A stretch of DNA of 64,000 nt from a virus, in the IMG/VR virus record IMGVR_UViG_3300021378_001718, positions 7,047 to 71,046 of that record. The stretch is one strand, 5' to 3'. Below the pieces are notes generated by a model. The model ran no database searches. It saw only the letters and a list, made by a program, of their open reading frames with translations, and had not been told where the DNA came from. This document shows, piece by piece, positions 49,174-57,934 of this stretch. Position numbers and translations under genes: made by a program. Each line of letters begins with the position of its first letter. The stretch's first letter is position 1.

Positions 49174-49824
49174 TTATCGATCTTTAGCACTAGGAAAAAA
49201 TTCAAGGGCTTGGAGAATATTCTCTGCTGTGTTTATATGTGATTTGGGTCCTGCATGATCACCGTCTGTTCCTTTATCAATATCGTTGTGCCATATCATC
49301 ATTGAATGAGGATGTTTTGTGATTTTGGCATGCATGACATCTATGATCTTAACTGGTATTATTTTGTGTAACTGTTGATAAGATATTTCTCCTTTGAGAT
49401 ATAATGCATTATGAGCCAAAGTTATAAACTTCGACTCTGACCACATACCAGCTGGACATAAATTTACTTGATTCCATCTATCTTGTATAAAACGCCCATA
49501 GTCTGGCCATTCAACTATAATTGCTTTTGGGTGTTTATCATGTTTTAAGAACCACATTAAGAGATTATGTTCGACAGCATCAATTCCGCCGCCACCTACT
49601 CCTAAATTAACTTGATCACATCTCATTACTGCTGATACTAAATGAGCAAATGTTTGATCTGGTTTGACCCCTACTCCTTCTGTATGACTTGACCCAGCAA
49701 ACAGTATATAGTTATCCATATCAATATCAGCAAACTCTTTGCATCTGAAACCATGAGTATTATACTCAGGATCGCCGTCAGGTCCTCCTGTTATAAAGTC
49801 TTTTTGTGTTACTATATCCATCAC
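49174..49824 (-). CDS. Hypothetical protein, SGNH-like
   Basis: YNTHGFR, GSSHTEG, NLGVGG, DHAGPKSH. Confidence 0.6.
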   Translation of the reverse strand: MMDIVTQKDFITGGPDGDPEYNTHGFRCKEFADIDMDNYILFAGSSHTEGVGVKPDQTFAHLVSAVMRCDQVNLGVGGGGIDAVEHNLLMWFLKHDKHPKAIIVEWPDYGRFIQDRWNQVNLCPAGMWSESKFITLAHNALYLKGEISYQQLHKIIPVKIIDVMHAKITKHPHSMMIWHNDIDKGTDGDHAGPKSHINTAENILQALEFFPSAKDR

Positions 49825-50471
49825 GGAGAGATCACTTTATGTGCTTCTAGGAAGCCCTCAGAGACGATCTCAGCAACTTTAGCATCGTCTGAGTGATCAA
49901 GTTCAAGTGTGTTTATAACGTCTGAGACTGCTACAGGCTCGTCATTAGGACCCAAAATAAGATAGATAGGTATGTCAATTTGATCTAATAGTTTAGTAAA
50001 TAAACGTGTTCTTCCTCTCCAATATCCTACGATATCAGCATGTTTAGATGCTTCTTGTGTATCAATATCATCATAGTCTGCACCTAAAAAACAGTTAGCC
50101 CATTCACAGCAGATAAAGATCATTTTGGGTTTACTATATTGATGTAACCAGTTGAATAGATTATATTTTACGCCTTCTAATCCAGAATTAGATACAGCAA
50201 GATTGTAATATTGATAATTGATTGCTTTAGATAATAGACAAGGCCATGTTTCTTCTATTGGCTTATGCATATGTAAACATGCATTGTCTCCTAATACAAG
50301 AAAGTATCTTTCAAACTGTAAGTCATTGCCGAGTACTTCTTTAATTTCTTTACATCGATGACCTAATGAATTAAGATGTTCTCCAGTATCATTATATAAA
50401 AAACCTTCATTGATGTTTGGAATTGTAGGATACACAGTCCCCTCAGAGGCATGCGCCATCAATTGAGACAT
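49821..50471 (-). CDS. Hypothetical protein, degenerate paralogue of downstream SGNH-like gene
   Basis: LNSLGHRCKE, LGD, YNLAV, NLFNW. Confidence 0.55.
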   Translation of the reverse strand: MSQLMAHASEGTVYPTIPNINEGFLYNDTGEHLNSLGHRCKEIKEVLGNDLQFERYFLVLGDNACLHMHKPIEETWPCLLSKAINYQYYNLAVSNSGLEGVKYNLFNWLHQYSKPKMIFICCEWANCFLGADYDDIDTQEASKHADIVGYWRGRTRLFTKLLDQIDIPIYLILGPNDEPVAVSDVINTLELDHSDDAKVAEIVSEGFLEAHKVISP

Positions 50472-50686
50472 TAGTTTCTCCTTACTATACGACCTTGGGT
50501 CAAATCATACGGTGAGATTTCAACTTGGACTTCATCGCCCATGATAATTTTAATTTCAAATTTACGCATTTTGCCACCAACATATGCTTTTAAGACATGA
50601 CCATTTTCTAATTTAACATTGAATCTAGCATTGGGAAGTACTTGTATTACTTTCCCGGTCATTGTAATATGGTCACCTTTACTCAT
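50471..50686 (-). CDS. infA: Translation initiation factor IF-1
   Basis: 71 aa; G.V..VLPNA.F.VKLENGH...GKMR...I.I..GD.V.VE.SPYDLT.GRI. Confidence 0.95.
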   Translation of the reverse strand: MSKGDHITMTGKVIQVLPNARFNVKLENGHVLKAYVGGKMRKFEIKIIMGDEVQVEISPYDLTQGRIVRRN

Positions 50687-51084
50687 TAATCTTTTAAGAT
50701 ATCCCACACCTTGTTTTTCTCAATCAATTCTTTTTCAAGTTTGACATAACGTTCTCTGAGTTCTCTTAACTCTGACCATTGTTCTTCTAGTGCAGGGTTA
50801 GGTTGTAAGATTGCAAGTTTCTTGTTTACTTCTTCTTGCCAATCTTGTAGACCATCTAATGCTTTTAGTTTACTTTCAGTGATAGTTTGTCCATTAAGAG
50901 TAATACTGTCTTTATAGTTGTTGCTATCCCAATTAGAACTTATTGTAAATGTATCTGCTGGATTAGTAACAAAACAATCTGTAGATAAACTATCTAAGAT
51001 GTTTGTGCCATGTGGAGTTGTAACTGTAATGCCGTCTCCATAATCAAAATCTAAACTGTATTGCGTATCAATTGTTGAACTCAT
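50686..51084 (-). CDS. Hypothetical protein with C-terminal coiled coil
   Basis: LAILQPNPALEEQW.EL pattern. Confidence 0.65.
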   Translation of the reverse strand: MSSTIDTQYSLDFDYGDGITVTTPHGTNILDSLSTDCFVTNPADTFTISSNWDSNNYKDSITLNGQTITESKLKALDGLQDWQEEVNKKLAILQPNPALEEQWSELRELRERYVKLEKELIEKNKVWDILKD

Positions 51085-51086
51085 TG

Positions 51087-51272
51087 TTAATCTGCCTTCT
51101 TTAAAAATATAGTGCCGTTCTCGTTGACACCGATAGCCAGTTCAGTTTCTTCTGACCAGCCCAATGACTTAAGTAAAGGTGCAGGTAAAGGAATAATAAC
51201 GTCACCTGAGCCGTCATCTGCTTCTTGTGTGATTACTTCGTACCGTGCTTTATCTGTCTCGTTTGGAGTCAT
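51087..51272 (-). CDS. AbrB/MazE-like small DNA-binding protein
   Basis: IIPLP..LL..LGW. Confidence 0.6.
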   Translation of the reverse strand: MTPNETDKARYEVITQEADDGSGDVIIPLPAPLLKSLGWSEETELAIGVNENGTIFLKKAD

Positions 51273-51310
51273 ACAGATATTTAGTTAGAGAAATGATTGA
51301 GCAAATAAAT

Positions 51311-51973
51311 TTACCAGGCTCTACAAGACCAGTAACGTGCTTTCCATTTAGGACCTGGGTTCTTGCAATTATGTCTTGCTCTAAATGATTTACGTGCGCC
51401 AGGGTTGCCTTTCTTAATACTCATTCCCTTTTGTCCGAAATTAACTTTGACTACATTACCTTTTGCATTTTTAACATAAACCTTTGATTTCTTAGTATCG
51501 CCTTGCATTGGCTTATTAAGTGTGACTTTGCGTCCTTGATATTCGGCTTCATGTACTTCGACTTCAGGATCTTTACCAGTTACATTATCATCTGCTACAC
51601 GTTCTTCATCATTCTTATTGATGCTACCAATTGGTGATGCTACTGCTTGATTAAAGTCACCTGGATTAGGGTTTTCAGTTAATCGCATAATGTCTGCAAG
51701 ATCATCTTCATAAGGAGTATATAGATTGGCTGACTTTGCATCTTCAGTTTCGATTACATTAATTTCTTCCATCATAATGTCATTAAGTTCTAAGAACTCA
51801 ATAGTCTCATCATCTGCTTCTAAGATAATGCCGTCATCAGTATAACCGATTACGCCTGTCTCAATAACAAAGTCTTCTGATAATTCAATATCAAAAGAAT
51901 CGTATAAGAAGATAGAGTTATCGTCTTCTGCTAATCCATCAATTGCGGAAATGTAATTTTTCATATCTGCCAT
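51311..51973 (-). CDS. Probable virion-internal protein (acidic N-terminal part, basic C-terminal domain)
   Basis: EAEYQGRKV...KVNFG...RKSFRARH.C...ARYWSC. Confidence 0.65.
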   Translation of the reverse strand: MADMKNYISAIDGLAEDDNSIFLYDSFDIELSEDFVIETGVIGYTDDGIILEADDETIEFLELNDIMMEEINVIETEDAKSANLYTPYEDDLADIMRLTENPNPGDFNQAVASPIGSINKNDEERVADDNVTGKDPEVEVHEAEYQGRKVTLNKPMQGDTKKSKVYVKNAKGNVVKVNFGQKGMSIKKGNPGARKSFRARHNCKNPGPKWKARYWSCRAW

Positions 51974-51983
51974 AGTAATATTC

Positions 51984-52613
51984 CTAAAGTATACGTGTAT
52001 TTATGCCCTTTTGTATGAATTCATCAAAATGTATGTCATAACTCATCTGAATAAAGACTCTAGGTGGCGCCAAATCCAATACTCTTACATTATGCCAATT
52101 CTGAACATTCATTAATGTTGGATGATTTTCACTGTATTGTCCTACTTGATCTGGAGTCGGCGCAATGTCTGGTTCATTTATTCCATTAGGTCGAGCAAAG
52201 GTAATTCTGCTTTCTCCGGGTTGTGTTTGCTCTACCATCGGATATATTGTTTCATCATCGTAGAAATATACAGGTTCCATTTTGTCGTAATAAACAGGAA
52301 TGTTTACACATGATTGTCTATATTCGTCTTTGTGTATTACTTTTAGATAAAACTTATCTTGGTATAGTTCATCAGTGTATTTAGGTATGGATCCATCATG
52401 TAATTGTATAATATAATCTTTAGGTTTCTCTCCTAATACATTTTCTATGTCTAGTAATAAGTGCTGATAGTATGCAGTAAAAAAATCTAAACTCACATAA
52501 TTACGTTTTCCCCATTCAAAGTCTCCGGCAAAAACTAATTGTTCGGCCCATGCCGCACGTAAACTTTCGATGTTTATGCTCACATCTAGGAGTTCTGCTA
52601 AATTATTTTTCAT
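51984..52613 (-). CDS. 2OG-Fe(II)/cupin-fold oxygenase-like protein
   Basis: HKD, NIP, WHNV, R. Confidence 0.55.
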   Translation of the reverse strand: MKNNLAELLDVSINIESLRAAWAEQLVFAGDFEWGKRNYVSLDFFTAYYQHLLLDIENVLGEKPKDYIIQLHDGSIPKYTDELYQDKFYLKVIHKDEYRQSCVNIPVYYDKMEPVYFYDDETIYPMVEQTQPGESRITFARPNGINEPDIAPTPDQVGQYSENHPTLMNVQNWHNVRVLDLAPPRVFIQMSYDIHFDEFIQKGINTRIL

Positions 52614-53214
52614 ACCACGACATTCCTATAAACATTCTGAGTGGGCATTCTTTAACTATAGGAGTCATCCAATGTGGATGATGACGATTCCATATAATAA
52701 AACTATTTGGATCTGGATTTTGTATGGTTGTTTCAGTACCGTCCATTGATTCTACCTTAAACAGTCCTCCCCAATCATTGTCCCATTTAGGATGAGTAAA
52801 AATCATTGATGTAAAACAATTTTCAAACGTTGCATTATGTATTGTTCCATCACTGTGTCTGTGCATTTGTGTTTTAGTATCGCCATATTGAAACCATACA
52901 TTGCTAAGTTTAATATTTTTCCAGCCTTTATCAATCAAATAGTTTTTAACTTGTAACAATACTTTTTCAATGTCTGGTCCAAAGAACTCAACAGTTTCTT
53001 TCATTACATCGTCACCGTTACACCAAAATCTAAATCGCATTGCTTCTTGTACTGCTTTATCTTTGTTGTAAATACCAATAGAAGGATTTGTTTCGTCTAA
53101 AGAAATATCCATAGTGGATAATTCTGGCTTAGATAATTTATATAGATATTCAGATTTCTTTGATAATAAATCAAACAAGTTATCGTCTAAGAATTTTTCT
53201 TCACTAAAGATCAT
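52603..53214 (-). CDS. 2OG-Fe(II) oxygenase
   Basis: HSD, WGG, PHW, R. Confidence 0.75.
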   Translation of the reverse strand: MIFSEEKFLDDNLFDLLSKKSEYLYKLSKPELSTMDISLDETNPSIGIYNKDKAVQEAMRFRFWCNGDDVMKETVEFFGPDIEKVLLQVKNYLIDKGWKNIKLSNVWFQYGDTKTQMHRHSDGTIHNATFENCFTSMIFTHPKWDNDWGGLFKVESMDGTETTIQNPDPNSFIIWNRHHPHWMTPIVKECPLRMFIGMSWYEK

Positions 53215-53847
53215 AAAATTCTCCTCTTCCTTGTTGCGCCTCTATTGAACTCCATCCAGTTCCAAAGAATGATCTTTTAAAGTTAGGTATATCTACTGTG
53301 ACTTTTTGTACAGCATGCCATTCATCTCTGCTCCATATTAACATTCTGTTAGGTTTGGGTTTGATAACATGAGTTAAATTTGTTAATCCAGTTGCCGCTA
53401 ATCTTACTTGTGTAGCATTAATATCTGCCCCTTCAAATACAGGCTCCCCTACTATAAACTCTCCTCCCAACCTTCTTGCCAATCACTAGTGTAAAGAATA
53501 GAAGTATAAGTGTTTGCTTGATCACTTTTACGTAAGCCTTGGTCTTGATGTACTGGTATAGTCATAGTATCAATAATATACTGATACCATATCGACCAGT
53601 TCTTTAACTCTTTTATACCTAAGTCTTCCATAGTTGTAATCATTTTCTCTATTGCTGGACGACACTCATGCCCGAAAAAGTTTAATGCTTCTTCCCAGTC
53701 ACCGGAGTGATCATGGTGTGTAACTCTTAGTGGTTCATCACTGTTTTCTACTAGACTACTTGTATCACCTCTAAAACCACTCTGCACTCTTTTCGCCAAT
53801 GCATCAAATTGATCTTGTGGTAAAAAGTTATCTACATAATAGATCAT
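53204..53847 (-). pseudogene. 2OG-Fe(II) oxygenase split by a 1-nt frameshift
   Basis: ORFs 53452..53847 and 53204..53482 together align to upstream paralogue 53844..54506; break at TGGGAGGAGAG versus TGGGGAGGAGAG. Confidence 0.8.
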
Positions 53848-54506
53848 TCTATTTCCGTAAAATGAAATCGTTGATAAGGATTTTGATTGTGTTCTTTTCC
53901 TTCTATAGAACTCCAACTGCTTCCCATAAATGATCTTACATAGTCAGGATCATTAACAGTTAATGCATTAACCATATGCCATTCATCTCTACTCCATATA
54001 GTCATACGATTTGGCTTGGGCTCAATAACATGACTAAAGTCAGTTAATGATTTTACATTGCCACCTGGTCTATCAAAGACAGGTTTGCCAACAACAAACT
54101 CTCCTCCCCAGTTAGGCTTCCAATCACTTGTGTAGATAACAGCACTGTATGTGTCTTTAGGTTCACTCTTTCTTACTGCTTGATCTCTATGTACAGGAAG
54201 AGACATTGTATCAACTGAATATTGAAACCAAGATGACCAATTCATTAATTCTTTTATGCCTAATGATTTCATTGTTTCTTCCATTTTTTCTAAAACAGGA
54301 ATGCATTCTAATGCATGTGGAATACAATAATCCATCCAGTTACCTGATCGTGCTATGGGTTGAAGAATAAATTTGTCTGGTTCTTGTCTAAAGTCATAGT
54401 TAGTAAATAACTCTCTAGGTTTGATGGGCTCGTACTTTGCTTCTACTTTTTTCTTTAGGGCTAAAAATTGATCTTCTGGTAAGAAGTCATCTACATAATG
54501 TATCAT
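53844..54506 (-). CDS. 2OG-Fe(II) oxygenase
   Basis: HRD, WGGEF, P.PNR, WHMV, RSF. Confidence 0.8.
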   Translation of the reverse strand: MIHYVDDFLPEDQFLALKKKVEAKYEPIKPRELFTNYDFRQEPDKFILQPIARSGNWMDYCIPHALECIPVLEKMEETMKSLGIKELMNWSSWFQYSVDTMSLPVHRDQAVRKSEPKDTYSAVIYTSDWKPNWGGEFVVGKPVFDRPGGNVKSLTDFSHVIEPKPNRMTIWSRDEWHMVNALTVNDPDYVRSFMGSSWSSIEGKEHNQNPYQRFHFTEIE

Positions 54507-55606
54507 TTAACACCTATTTTCATAAATCTTTCATACTCAGTCTCTGGATCTTTCAGTTCAACTTCGTCTAAGAAATATGTTTTTCTAAGTGGGTATTGTT
54601 TATCAAATTCTTCTAGTGTTCCATGTCTTCCTTGCATTGCAACAAGTGTGCCTTTAGGAATATTGTTTAACCAATCATCTCCGTCGATGTCATTAGTTGA
54701 TGTATTAATGACTAGTCCAGGTTGTTTGAGTTGTCTATAGTCTAATGTGTTGACATCTTTGTTCATATGCTCTACTTTATCAGATATGCCAAGTTTATCT
54801 AACAGTTTTTCTCCTGTTGTCAATGTCTCTTTGTCTATGTCAACATTAATTAACTTGTCGAATCCTAGTTTGTTGGCAACTAAGAACAATCCCATGTTGC
54901 TATACCAACTACCCAAATTATAGATAGTATCTAGTTTTTTTATTTTGGATTTCTTTAATATCTTTTGTACTTCGTCTAGTAACCAAACTTTGCTGTATTG
55001 TAGATCAGGGGTAAAACTACCCTGTAATGTGTTAGGACTTGCTTCATCTATCTCATCTTTATCTAAGTAGATGTCTTCTAGTGCTTTAATTGTTGGACCC
55101 TCATCAAATGGGTCATGCTTGATGCCTATACCCCCTTTATCGTTCCAAGGGACTGTATTCTTGCCAAAATCATCGATTAGAACGTTCGGACGACCCTCAC
55201 TGTCAGTTGCATACTTAGACTTGTCCGATGCGAATATGGCGCTCTCAGACGCTCCTGCGTGGTGTTGATCTAGCCATTCTTTCTTTCCCATGATGCTGGC
55301 CTGATGCTCATAACGCAACGGAGCAGAGAGTATTGTATAGGGTATATCATGCTCTTGTAACCAGTCAATCACTCTTAGGCCGCCCCTGAGGGTCGGTAAA
55401 TCACGGAAAAAGCGGTATACTTTCTCGGGCCCTTGTGATGCTAGTTCTTTGATAGATGCTTCTGGGTCTTTTATCTCTTTATAGTCATCTACTCCAGCAA
55501 ACCTAGACCATGAGTCAAAAAAGTCCGCTTGGACCCCGTCCATATCTAAATATAGATGCGGTTTATATTGAGAATCGTTCTCAGTTAGAAATTCTTGTCC
55601 TTTCAT
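54503..55606 (-). CDS. Fusion: HAD 5'(3')-deoxyribonucleotidase-like plus methyltransferase-like domain
   Basis: N-terminal DMDGV...LSAP...K..WL...LIDD; C-terminal SKVWL...LGSWY...VDID...INTS...RFMKIG, paralogous to 21301..21852. Confidence 0.8.
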   Translation of the reverse strand: MKGQEFLTENDSQYKPHLYLDMDGVQADFFDSWSRFAGVDDYKEIKDPEASIKELASQGPEKVYRFFRDLPTLRGGLRVIDWLQEHDIPYTILSAPLRYEHQASIMGKKEWLDQHHAGASESAIFASDKSKYATDSEGRPNVLIDDFGKNTVPWNDKGGIGIKHDPFDEGPTIKALEDIYLDKDEIDEASPNTLQGSFTPDLQYSKVWLLDEVQKILKKSKIKKLDTIYNLGSWYSNMGLFLVANKLGFDKLINVDIDKETLTTGEKLLDKLGISDKVEHMNKDVNTLDYRQLKQPGLVINTSTNDIDGDDWLNNIPKGTLVAMQGRHGTLEEFDKQYPLRKTYFLDEVELKDPETEYERFMKIGVK

Positions 55607-55778
55607 TCTTTAGTACCCAATCATCAGCATACAATTCAGCGGCATCTTCATTTGCTACTTCTTCTGTATGTGACATTTCTCCATTTTCATATGCTTCGAC
55701 AAGCCATTTATTAGGCCATACTGCAAAGACTTCGGCTTTACGGTTGTCATTTTCAAATGTGTGATATTGCTCTTTCAT
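55581..55778 (-). CDS. Hypothetical protein
   Basis: 65 aa; A...A.DWV motif. Confidence 0.6.
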   Translation of the reverse strand: MKEQYHTFENDNRKAEVFAVWPNKWLVEAYENGEMSHTEEVANEDAAELYADDWVLKNERTRISN

Positions 55779-55796
55779 ATATTTATCGGATATTCT

Positions 55797-56333
55797 CTAT
55801 CCTCCTCCTGTTATTTGTTGAAATATTTTAATGTAATGTTCTTCGCCATCGGCTATATTATCTAACCAATCTGTGTCTGCCCCTTCGTCTGCTTGATCAC
55901 TGACATATTTGAAGCATTTAAAGTCAACATGTTGATTAAGACATGCTTTACCTATTGCATATGCTTCCATGTCAACTACATGTGCTGGTATCTCTAAGTC
56001 AGGATCTGTGACAAAGTTGTCTCCAGTCGAACATGTATATCCGATTCCAAAAGAAATCACTTGTGGGTCAGTTGGTAGCACAAGATTAATTGATTCCGGG
56101 CATTTACCTTTATCACGTTCAACAAAATTTTTCATTTCATGTAAGCCAGATTCTAATTTGATTCCACCTGCTGTACCGAAATTCCAAACAGTTCTAGGTT
56201 GATATCTTTCAATTAATTTACCTGCTGTCAATGCCGCATTCACTTTACCTACTCCGGTAAAGAATACATTTTCCCACTTAGCCATTTTGGGTGCTTCGTG
56301 CTCCAATGCCATTATAATAATATCTTTCATCAT
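55797..56333 (-). CDS. mtnN: MTA/SAH nucleosidase
   Basis: GVGKVNAA, NFGTAGG, TGDNF, DMEAYA, KYVSD. Confidence 0.85.
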   Translation of the reverse strand: MMKDIIIMALEHEAPKMAKWENVFFTGVGKVNAALTAGKLIERYQPRTVWNFGTAGGIKLESGLHEMKNFVERDKGKCPESINLVLPTDPQVISFGIGYTCSTGDNFVTDPDLEIPAHVVDMEAYAIGKACLNQHVDFKCFKYVSDQADEGADTDWLDNIADGEEHYIKIFQQITGGG

Positions 56334-56334
56334 A

Positions 56335-56493
56335 TCACCAGTTATGTATGTTTCCTGCTATAATAAAGAAACAAGTAATAAAGTTAACACCAACTATAAT
56401 TGTTCGTATCATTGCTATCTTGTCTGCTTCTTTGTCTGTTGCCCCTTCTTTTTCGCCTATTGCTTTAGCCCATAGTCGCCATGCGTTTTTCAT
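56335..56493 (-). CDS. 52-aa membrane microprotein
   Basis: MKNAWRLWAKAIGEK...ADKIAMIRT...NFITCFFIIAGNIHNW. Confidence 0.7.
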   Translation of the reverse strand: MKNAWRLWAKAIGEKEGATDKEADKIAMIRTIIVGVNFITCFFIIAGNIHNW

Positions 56494-57020
56494 TATGCAC
56501 CTTCAAAATCAATTAAAGTTTTTACATTGTATCCTTGTTCTCTTATCAACTTGCTACCATTTAAGTCTGGTAAGTCAATGACTGATAAAATCAAAATATT
56601 TTTCTTTGGTATCTTCCAATTCTCATGTATCAAATCTGCACATGCTAATGCAGTTCCACCTGTTGCAATCAAGTCATCTATGATTACAATCTTTCCCATA
56701 ATAGGAGAAATTTCTTGTATATGAAGTTCTGCTTCTCCATATTCTAACGTGTATGCTTTGCTAACAGTTGCATTAGGTAACTTGCCTGGTTTACGTGCTA
56801 AGACTAGTGGCAAGTCTAAATCAAATGCTATTGGCGCTCCAAAAATAAAGCCTCTGCTTTCTATACCCACGATAGAATTACAGTTAAATTCCATACATGC
56901 CGATGTCAATGACATTATTGATTCTTTAAATGCATTAGGATCTTCTAATAATCCTGTAATGTCTCTAAAATGAATACCGTCTATAGGAAAGTTTTTGACT
57001 GTTCTTATTGAGTCTCTCAT
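56493..57020 (-). CDS. apt: Adenine phosphoribosyltransferase
   Basis: FP..GI.FRDI, GIESRGF, RKPGKLP, LEYG, IIDDLIATGGT. Confidence 0.95.
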   Translation of the reverse strand: MRDSIRTVKNFPIDGIHFRDITGLLEDPNAFKESIMSLTSACMEFNCNSIVGIESRGFIFGAPIAFDLDLPLVLARKPGKLPNATVSKAYTLEYGEAELHIQEISPIMGKIVIIDDLIATGGTALACADLIHENWKIPKKNILILSVIDLPDLNGSKLIREQGYNVKTLIDFEGA

Positions 57021-57376
57021 TAAGGTTGCCCAATTGGTATTTGTAATGCCTCTTTAATTAGATCATCTTCTTTTACAAAGACTCCGTCTCTCATTTGACC
57101 CTTACGATCTTTAATATCTTCCCATGCTGTCTTTATACATTCAGTAAGTGATATATCATTACGTTCAGCAATATTAATAAGAACAACAATCATGTCGCCA
57201 ATGTCATCTTTGATGTCTTTGCCTTTACAGATGTTGTCTGAGAGTTCTCCTGCTTCTTGTATCAACTTAGCAAACTGTGACTTATCATCACTGCCGTCGA
57301 TTAAGTTACGGTCATGATGCCATTGTTTGATTCTGTTAACATCTTCAATCATGGCTTGAGTTTCTCTACTTTTCAT
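57020..57376 (-). CDS. MazG-like NTP pyrophosphohydrolase
   Basis: KLIQEAGEL, DDIGD, IKDRKG. Confidence 0.85.
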   Translation of the reverse strand: MKSRETQAMIEDVNRIKQWHHDRNLIDGSDDKSQFAKLIQEAGELSDNICKGKDIKDDIGDMIVVLINIAERNDISLTECIKTAWEDIKDRKGQMRDGVFVKEDDLIKEALQIPIGQP

Positions 57377-57515
57377 CTTTGTCTTCCTTTAGTTTTGTAT
57401 ACCATTCATGTGAACAATAAGCATCACAGAACGCCGCTGTTTTTTCAGCATTATGATATCTTACATCAAATGGATCTATATTCCTAGAGCAAACGGAACA
57501 TTTTAATTCGTTCAC
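57366..57515 (-). CDS. 49-aa Zn-finger-like protein
   Basis: CSVC...FCDAYC; GTG start overlapping upstream stop. Confidence 0.55.
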   Translation of the reverse strand: MNELKCSVCSRNIDPFDVRYHNAEKTAAFCDAYCSHEWYTKLKEDKDEK

Positions 57516-57934
57516 AGAGGCACTTTACCAGTGTTATAATGATGTACGTTAACACCACCTAACTTTAAGAACTTAACGCCTTGGTCGTCTCTGTACTCAT
57601 TGCGATAGTAAAGGGTATTAATACCAGATTGAAAGATAAGTTTTGCACAATCAATGCAAGGCGCATGTGTACAAAAAAGAGTTGCATCTTTTGATGATTC
57701 AGTGCTTTGTGCTACTTTTGCAATAGCATTTGTTTCTGCATGTAAGACTTCTGACTTTGTTACGCCATTAATCTCGCATTCGTTTTCCCAGTCAGTAGGC
57801 ATACCATTATACCCTGTGCCTATGACACGATTGCCTTTGACGATTAATGCTCCTACTTGAAGTCTAGTTGCATAACTTAGTGAGGCAGTTAGTTCTGCCA
57901 TGTCCATAAAATAATCTATGAATTTCTTTTTCAA
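57512..57934 (-). CDS. dCMP deaminase
   Basis: GYNG, HAETNA, PCIDC. Confidence 0.92.
   Translation of the reverse strand: MKKKFIDYFMDMAELTASLSYATRLQVGALIVKGNRVIGTGYNGMPTDWENECEINGVTKSEVLHAETNAIAKVAQSTESSKDATLFCTHAPCIDCAKLIFQSGINTLYYRNEYRDDQGVKFLKLGGVNVHHYNTGKVPL

Noticed and set aside
55776-55785. TAAATA before ATG 55778 as another leaderless case
   Set aside because: Only 1 nt spacing, so it does not fit the N5 pattern and was excluded from the count
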